Shown here piece after piece: positions 44,267 through 64,000 of a stretch of DNA of 64,000 bases (positions are counted from its first letter, which is position 1; every line of letters starts with the position of its first letter). The stretch is from the human T2T-CHM13v2.0 reference genome, Homo sapiens. The stretch lies in assembly GCF_009914755.1 (NCBI RefSeq), contig NC_060943.1; one strand, given 5' to 3'. The position numbers and the translations under genes are program-made. The notes beneath the pieces are model-generated. The model ran no database searches. It saw nothing but the letters and a program-made list of their open reading frames with translations, and had not been told where the DNA came from.

Positions 44267-44695
44267 TAGCCAGGATGGTCTCGATCTCCTGATCTCGTGA
44301 TCCACCCGCCTCGGCCTCCCAAAGTGCTGGGATTACAGACGTGAGCCACCGCGCCCGGCCGAAAAAAACTCTTATAAATCAACAATAAAAAGATAAATAA
44401 CAGAATGTATTTGTTTAGTTATTTATTTTTCAGAGACAGGATCTCACTGTGTGGCCCAGACTTGAGTGCAATGGCCCCATTCTAGCTCCTAGCTCACTGC
44501 AGCCTTGAATTCCCGGGCTCAAGCGATCCTCCCACCTCAGCCTTCCAAGTATCTAGGACTACAGGTGTGTGCCACCATGCCTGACTAAGTTTTTGCTTTT
44601 ATTTTTGGTAGGGAGACATCTTGCTGTGTTTCCCAGGCTGATTTCAATCTCCTGGCCTCAAGCAATCCTCCCACCTTTGCCTCTCAAAGCACTAG

Positions 44696-45024
<329 letters not shown>

Positions 45025-45104
45025 TAATCTGCCCGCCTCAGCCTCCCAAAGTGCTGGGATTACAGGTGTGAGCCACCGCGCCCGGCTGAGGCCCTATCTT
45101 CTAA

Positions 45105-45251
<147 letters not shown>

Positions 45252-45479
45252 TGAGCCTCCCGAGTAGCTGGGATTATAGGCATGTGCCACCATACCTGGC
45301 TAATTTTTGTATTTGTAGTAGCAATGCGGTTTCACCATGTTGGCCAGGCTGGTCTCGAACTCCCAACCTCAGGTGATCTGCCCGCCTCCTAAGCCTCCTA
45401 AAGTGCTGGGATTACAGGTGTGAACCACCGTGCCCAGCCACCATATGCATTTTATGGAGACAAGAACATTCTGTCCTTA

Positions 45480-45826
<347 letters not shown>

Positions 45827-46253
45827 TGAGACGGAGTCTCGCTCTGTTGCCCAGGCTGGAGCACGGTGGCATGATCTCCGCTCACTGCAAGCTCCGCCCC
45901 CCTAGGTTCATGCCATTCTCCTGCCTCAGCCTCCCGGGTAGCTGGGACTACAGGTGCCCGCCACCACGCCCGGCTAATTTTTTGTATTTTTAGTACAGAT
46001 GGGGTTTCACCGTGTTTGCCAGGATGGTCTCGATCTCCTGACCTAGTGATCCACCCGCCTCGGCCTCCCAAAGTGCTGGGATTACAGGGGTGAGCCACCG
46101 CGCCTGGCCTAATTTATGTATTTTTGGTAGAGATGGGGTTTTGCCATATTGGCCAGGCTGGTCTCAAACTCCTGACCTCAGGCGATTCGCCCACCTTGGC
46201 CTCCCAAAGTGATGGGATTACAGGCATGAAACACAGCGCCTGGTCTTTTTTAA

Positions 46254-47781
<1,528 letters not shown>

Positions 47782-49249
47782 TGAACTCCTAGGCTCAAGT
47801 GATCCTCCTGCCTCAGCCTCCCAAAGTGCTAAGGTTACAGATGTGAGCCACCGAGCCCAGCCCAAGGGTCAACTTTAATTACGTGTCTGGCTATTTCTTC
47901 ATAAACAAAATGAACAACCATGTGTGCTGCTTAAGTGTCTGCCGGCTGGGGGGATTTCCCTTCACCACTGCCCTTCAAGGATGTCCCACAAAGGGGCTGC
48001 AGTGCTGTGGCTGTCCACTTCCAGGTGAAGCGGGAGTGTCACCCAGAATCATCGGTAAACCAGGCCAAGCATTTTCTTTTTTTTTTTTTTTGGTTCATGC
48101 TATTCTCCTGCTTCAGCCTCTGGAGTAGCTGGGACTATAGGCACCCGCCATCACGCCTGGCTAATTTTTTGTATTTTTAGTAGAGACGGGGTTTCACCAT
48201 GTTAGCCAGGATGGTCTCGATCTCCAGGATGGTCTCGATCTTCTGACCTCGTGATCTGCCCGCCTGGGCCTCCCAAAGTGCTGGGATTACAAGTGTGAGC
48301 CACCGCGCCCGGCTTTTTTTTTTTTAGATGAAGTCTTGCTCTGTCGCCCAGGCTGGAGCGCAGTGGTGCGATCTTGGCTCACTGCAACCTCCGCCTCCCA
48401 AGTTCGAGAGATTCTCCTGCCTCACCCTCCTGAGTAGCTGGGATTACCATGCTACCATGTACCACCATTCCCAGCTAATTTTTGTACTTTCAGTAGAGAT
48501 GGAGTTTCTCAGTGCTGGCCAGGCTGGTCTCAAACTCTTGACCTCAAATGATCCGCCCACCTTGGCCTCCCAAAGTGCTGAGATTACAGGCGTGAGCCAC
48601 TGCGCCCAGGCAATAATTTTTTTAAAAATTTGTAGCTGGGCATAGTGGCTCACGCCAAGGTGTGAGGATTGCTTGAGGCCAGGAGTTCTAGACCAGCCTA
48701 GGCAACATAATGAGACACGAGGCCAGGCGCGGTGGCTCACGCCTATAATCCCAGCACTTTGGGAGGCTGAGGCGGGTGGATCATGAGGTCAGGAGATCAA
48801 GACCATCCTGGCTAATATGGTGAAACCCCATTTCTACTAAAAATACAAAAAATTAGCCAGGCGTGGTGGCGGTGCCTGTAGTCGCAGCTACTCAGGAGGC
48901 TGAGGCAGCAGAATGGCCTGAATCCGGGAGGCGGAGCTTGCAGTGAACCAAGATCACGCCACTGCACTCCAGCCTGGGCAATAGAGTGAGACTCCGCCTC
49001 AAAAAAAAAAAAAAAAAAAAACAACCATAATGAGACACCAACTCTACAAAAATAAATAAATAAATAAAAATTAAAAAAATTAGCCAGGTATGTAACAAGC
49101 ATCTGTAGTCCTAGGATGCTGAGGTGGGAGGATGGCTTGAGCCCAGGAGTTGGAGGCTGCAGTGAGCTATGAGCACACCACTGCACTCTAGCCTGGGCAA
49201 CACAGCAAGACCCTGTCTCAAAAAAAACAAAAAAATTGGTAGAATAAAT

Positions 49250-53420
<4,171 letters not shown>

Positions 53421-53463
53421 TTTGCAATTGTGAGTGTATACAGGAAATAAGAAGAGATCTTTA

Positions 53464-53691
<228 letters not shown>

Positions 53692-53785
53692 CTACTCATG
53701 AGGCTGAGGTGGGAGGATCCCTTGAGCCCAGAAGGTTGAGACTGCAGTGAGCTGGGTCACACCACTGCACCCCAGTCTGGGTGAC

Positions 53786-54599
<814 letters not shown>

Positions 54600-54842
54600 T
54601 TAAAGAGCAGCAGAATCTTGGGACAGAAAGGGAAATGAGGGTGTTTTCCAAGATACTTTACCAGAGAGGAAGCGAACGCCTGGGGTTAGGAAATTAAGGC
54701 CCATAAACCAGTAGCTTACCTTGGATTTAAAGTGTCAGAAAACTTTTTATTGAGCACCTACTGTATGAGGCATCATTCTCTCCGTGGGGAAGATCATAAT
54801 GAACAAGGCCAACACCCTGTCCTTATGGAACTATGCATTAAG

Positions 54843-55400
<558 letters not shown>

Positions 55401-55467
55401 TAGGATTACAGGCACGCACCATACCCGGCTAATTTTTGTATTTTTAGTAGAGACGGGGTTTCACCAC

Positions 55468-55959
55468 GTTGGCCAGGCTGGTCTCGAACTCCTGACCTCG
55501 GGTGATCCACCTGCCTCTGCCTCCCAAAGTGCTGGGATTACAGGTGTGAGCCACAGCCTTCTTCACTCTTTTTCAGGGACAAGACATAGTGGCTCATACC
55601 TATAATCACAGCTCTTTGGAAGATTGAGGTGGGACGATTACTTGAGGTCAGGAGTACAAGACCAGCCTAGGAAACAGCAAAACCCCCATCTCTACAAAAA
55701 ATAAAAAATAAAAATAACATTTCGGGGGGGGCTCCTAGCATGCACTAAACTGTAGGAATATAAACAATGAATAAAAGTAGGTCTCCCTCTCCAAGAAGGC
55801 ACAGTTTAAGGGGGAATACTGACAGACCAACAGATAATTTTAATATCATGCAAAGCTCTCTTTGGAACACATCCAGTGGAATTTGTAGACAAATTTCAGA
55901 TCAATTTAGTAACACCTATCAGAGTTTTTAAAATTTATTTTTATACAAGGTCTTGCTCT
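55468..55959 (-). repeat. Inverted duplication, arm 2
   Basis: Reverse complement of 53786-54269. Confidence 0.95.
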
Positions 55960-56360
55960 TTTGGCCTCCGAAAGTGCTGGGATTACAGGCGTGACACACC
56001 GCACCGGGCTCCATATATATCAGCAGCAACCATATATCACATGAGAGTATGAGAGGAATAAATGAGCTACTAGTCACTCTATTTATATTAACATAAATAA
56101 ATATATATTAATATACACACACACACATAGGATCTCTGTCACCCAGGCTGGAGTGCAGTGGCACAATCATAGCTCACCGCAGCCTCAAACTCCTGAGCTC
56201 AAGTGATTCTCTTGCCTCTACCTCCTAAAGTGCTGGGATTTCAGGAAAGAGCCACCTTGCCCAGGCTTCCTATGCCACCTTAATGGCAACAGAAACCCTA
56301 GGCTCAGAGAGGTTAAGTCACTTGTATAATTTCACACAGCTGGTAAGTGGTCAGGTCTAG

Positions 56361-56873
<513 letters not shown>

Positions 56874-57299
56874 TAGTGGAGACGGGGTTTCACCATGTTA
56901 GCCAGGATGGTCTCGATCTCCTGACGTCATGATCCACCCGCCTCGGCCTCCCAAAGTGCTGGGATTACAGGCGTGAGCCACCGCGCTCGGCCTAATTTTT
57001 ATATTTTTTGTAGAGATGGAGTCTCACTCTGTCTCCCAGGCTGGTCTCGAACTCCTGAGTTCAAGCAGTTCTCCCGCCTCAGCCTCTGAGTGTTGGGATT
57101 ACAGGTGTGACCACCGCGCCGAGCCCCACTCCCTTTTTAAACCAATGCACAGGGAGCATCTACTATGTGCGAGGCACCCTCCATTTTACAGATGGGGAAA
57201 CTGAGTTCCAAGCAGCTTTTGCCAGGAGTGGGAGCGCACCGTCCCTGCCCAGTCTCTCCAGTTGGGCGTTCCGAGACCACCTATGTAGGGTATTCGGCT

Positions 57300-58350
<1,051 letters not shown>

Positions 58351-60529
58351 TTCGGGACCGAGCTAACCTGACCCTGTTCCTTTACGCCAGCTGGGTTTGC
58401 TCCCCCTCCTGGGCCCGGGCTGACCTGCCTTGTGTCCCACAATCAGTCTGGCCTGGAGTAACCTGCCCCCTGACTTATCTGAGTTCTTCCATTCCATCCG
58501 GGCTAGGGTGACCTGCCCTGGTCCCTCTTTCGCAGGTCTCGGTATTCTGCCTCGAGTTCTCCTACGACCTGGGCCGGGTCTTGCTCAGGCCGGAGCTTGA
58601 GTGACTTCCCTCAGTCCCTTTCCGGGAGTATCCAGGGTGACCTGCCCTAATCCTGTCTCTGGCCTGGTCCGGGGGTCCTGCCCGGTCTCCCCATTGGTGG
58701 GTCTGGCCGCCTGTCCCACCTCCCATCTGTGGTCGCAGCCATCTGGGCACCCCACCTTTCACAGTCACGGAGCGTAGGTTCGACTTTCCCCATGCATAGG
58801 GGCGCTGGCCAGCGGAAGGTTGAGGCAGAGAAGAATTTTTGCCTCCCATGGAGGAGCACATATTGGCTGGCTATTAAGATCATTCAGGAAGCAGGTTGTA
58901 TTTTGTTTTTTCTTGCATCGCCTGTTGCTGAAACCGACCTGTTACATAACTTCACAACTCTTGCCTTGGAAAAGTTGGGTTTGAGTTTTGTTCTTCCAAT
59001 AAGACAGCAATAATGGCTTTACATAAACGAGTCTGCCACGTTGGAAACTTATTTTTAATGATGTGGATGTTTAGAGAAGGTTACTTAGGTATTTTAAATG
59101 GGGGCTTGGGTTGGGAGAAGTATCGGGCATGCATTTCCTGGTCCTGGGCGCTGCTTGCCTGGGGTGGGAGAGGGGCTGGGGGGGTGGCGCGTGTTGCACC
59201 GGGGTCCTGGGGAATGTCCTCATCACCCTCTGGATTTCAGGTTGCTTTCACCTTAGGCTTGCTTTGTGCCTGACCTCTCGCTCAGGTTTGTTTTCCTGAA
59301 TGCTCCGACAGGAAGAAGCTCCGAGGCTTACCTTGGCACAGGTGTCCCTTGGCATATGCTGGTGTTTCAGAACTGGGGGAACCACTCCTTGCTCATCCAG
59401 AGTGAGCTCAGACCCTGTCCTTGCATGGGGGGCTTACGTGGTAGTCGATTGAGTCACTCTCGTGGGTAGACCACCCACTTGGGCTTTCTTTTAGCCCCTA
59501 ATGGAAGCAAAAAACATTTGACTCATTCTAACCCCATATTCCTTAAAATAGAAGGTGGGGTGTGAGGAGAACAGGTGTGCACGTATGGGTGTTTTTTTCA
59601 GTTTTGTTTACATTTTGCGAAGGGAGGGAGGGAGAGAGGAGAGTTCTCCTGAAGAAGGGAGTCTGAGCTGCGGAGGCCCCACCTCCTTGTAGTTTTCATG
59701 CCCTGTAGACCTTTCTGCTTCCGCAGCTGTGAAATGGGGGTGGCAGTTAGATTTTTATTCCTTTTAAACATAAAGGAAACCTAGATCCATGTGTGAGTCG
59801 ACTGTATACGCTGTCTGTAATCTGACGTCCAGCCTGTCGGGGAGACTCGGTAAAGATCTCTGTGGAGCAGTGAGCCATGAGCGTGACAGCGCGGATCGGG
59901 GGGTTGGCTGGGTGTGAAAGGTAATCATTTTCTTGTGAATCCTTTTAACTGTAGCGAGCATAAAACAGCAAACCTGGGGCAGCCTTTAGTTCTGCTTTTG
60001 TTTCTGGCATTCCGTTTGGGATTAATTGTGGGGCATGTCCTTCTCTTTCAGTTGAAACAATTGATTTTTTTTCCTGCACCTGAACACACTGGGCTGTACA
60101 AAAGGAGAGCATTAAAACGCTCCCCTGGAGGTAAACATTGCAGTTGAGCTCACTAGAATTCTGACGACATCAGAGGGTTTGTCCTGTGCTACTTGTAATT
60201 GACCCAGATGCCCCACCCACCTGTTACCTGTAATTTGGATTTGTTTGTGGGGAATGGGAGTGGTACCCCTTTGCATCACAAGGGGAAGAACGGAATTTGG
60301 GGGCAAGGAAGTCTATGAATATCATTCAAGGGAAAGCGGAAGAAAGTTATCTCTTGTGTGAATTGAAGGCAGTGTCTGCTAAGATATTTGGGAAGACTTT
60401 CCCTGTTTGTCCTCAGGAGTTGGCCGTGTAACCAGCTGTTAAGTTGGGGGCTCCTGGAAACTCTCATTCTGCTTTTTTAATTTTTATTTTACTGGGGAAG
60501 TGGCTATCAGCTGTCAAGTGCCCTGCAGT

Positions 60530-61520
<991 letters not shown>

Positions 61521-61964
61521 ACCCTACCTGAACTGGTTTTGCGCAGTTGGTTTTCCCTTAATGTGTGTTGAAAGACAGTGTGTCCCCACCGGGATGGGAA
61601 AGTGGCAGCAGGGGTGACTCCCTGCACTCAGAGCTGGTTCAGATAACACTCCTTTTCTTGTTTATGAAATGAAACTGATATTTATCAAAGCCCTTGAGAT
61701 CCTGGGATGAAAAGCGCTGACACAGTATTGCCAAGTGTCCTTAAGATACAGGGACAGTTTTCGAGCATCTGACCTTTTCCTGGGCCCTTCTCTGCTGCCA
61801 CTTCTCCTGCTCCCAGGACAGTGAAGGTAATTTCAGAAGTCCTTTGCATAATAGCTGGTGTTACAAGCCTTTTGGTCTGCCTGGTTGGAATATTTCCTCT
61901 TGACTGTAGCTTCTGCCCTGGATCCTCCAAACGGGAACTAGAGTGAAACTCTTAAGAGTTGGAA

Positions 61965-62979
<1,015 letters not shown>

Positions 62980-64000
62980 TGAGCCATTGAGCCTGGCAAA
63001 AGTGCTGCCTGGAACTCTCATGCCATACACCTACCTGTGACCTAGCAGAGATGAAGGTGTGTGTACGCAGGGCTGCGCCAAATGCTGACAGCATCTCTTC
63101 ATGAGAACCCCAAACCGGAAGCAGCCCCAGTGGCCATCAGCAGATGAATGGGTAAACAAAGCAGTGTGTACATCCAGTGGGAAAAATGTGTGCCTATTGG
63201 TTTGAGTTGCTTTTCTTAGCTCACCTGAAAGTATGAGGTCTGTGGGTAGGTACAGACCTTTTAGGCAGCAACACGCATGTTTTTGTGCAGGTGCTCTGGG
63301 TGACCTTGTAGATAGATGCTGCTTGGTACTGGTCCCACTTTGTTCCTTCATCCTCAGGTCAGGTCTGCACTGCCTGTTCCGTCTCCACTCCTGGTAGCCT
63401 GTGGGAGTCACAGCTGAATAGTCATCTCGTACTGGGATTTTACTCTGAGTGCATGAGTTGTTTCCCTAGGAAAAACATGCTGTCTTTCTGGATCGTAAGG
63501 GACAACTAGCTAAAGCTCCTAGCCGACCTGTCGTCCAGCCCTCACTCTCCTCCTGCCAGACTTCTCTGTATTGCCTCCACTTCTCTGAGTGTGTAAACCT
63601 GGGCTCACTTTTCCTTTTGAAGTGGTAAAATACTCAGGATAGAAAGTTGCTACTTTGTCTTCAAAGCCATTGTCCTGACCTATCCTTGACTGTCCAGGTG
63701 AACACACCATCTTCTGCTGAGCCCTGAGATTATGACCAAGGCGGGGTGAGTTCCATACAGTCTTGGGTTCCGAAAAGTGGTGAGTTTAAAATCTGCACAT
63801 GTAGCTGGGCACGATGGCCCATGCCTGTAATCCCAGTACTTTGGGAGGCTGAGGCAGGCAGATCATTTGAGCTCAGGAGTTTGAGACCAGCCTGGGCAAA
63901 ATGTCCATGATCGCACCACTGCACTCCAGCCTGGGTGACAGAGTGAGACCTTGTCTTAATAAAAAGAAGAAAATCCAGGCCGGGCTTGGTGGCTCACGCC

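Noticed and set aside
48207-48242. 18-bp tandem duplication CAGGATGGTCTCGATCTC in an Alu (and a 10-bp one at 23941-23960)
   Set aside because: Trivial slippage events inside Alus.

Overview
Human-type (Alu-rich, GC-rich) genomic DNA, recognisable as the CRTC1-COMP-UPF1 locus (chr19p13.11 from memory). It contains the last three coding exons and the ~4.9 kb 3'UTR of CRTC1 (+), and the complete 19-exon COMP gene (-), reconstructed here with GT-AG junctions as 2274 nt = 757 aa + stop. It also contains ~40 kb of intergenic DNA packed with Alu, L1, L2, MIR, MLT2, MER20 and MER53 remnants plus a ~1 kb (GGAT)n tract, and the CpG-island promoter, first coding exon and start of intron 1 of UPF1 (+). 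I found no new gene system. Nearly all other ORFs in the track are GC-rich, Alu or simple-repeat artefacts. The most unusual structure is a ~490 bp, ~99% identical inverted duplication 1.6-3.8 kb upstream of UPF1. It appears to have been copied into the middle of an Alu by template switching, and it is interleaved with a ~90 bp minisatellite whose core also has an inverted copy. Repeat-family names come from recalled consensus sequences and their boundaries are approximate.
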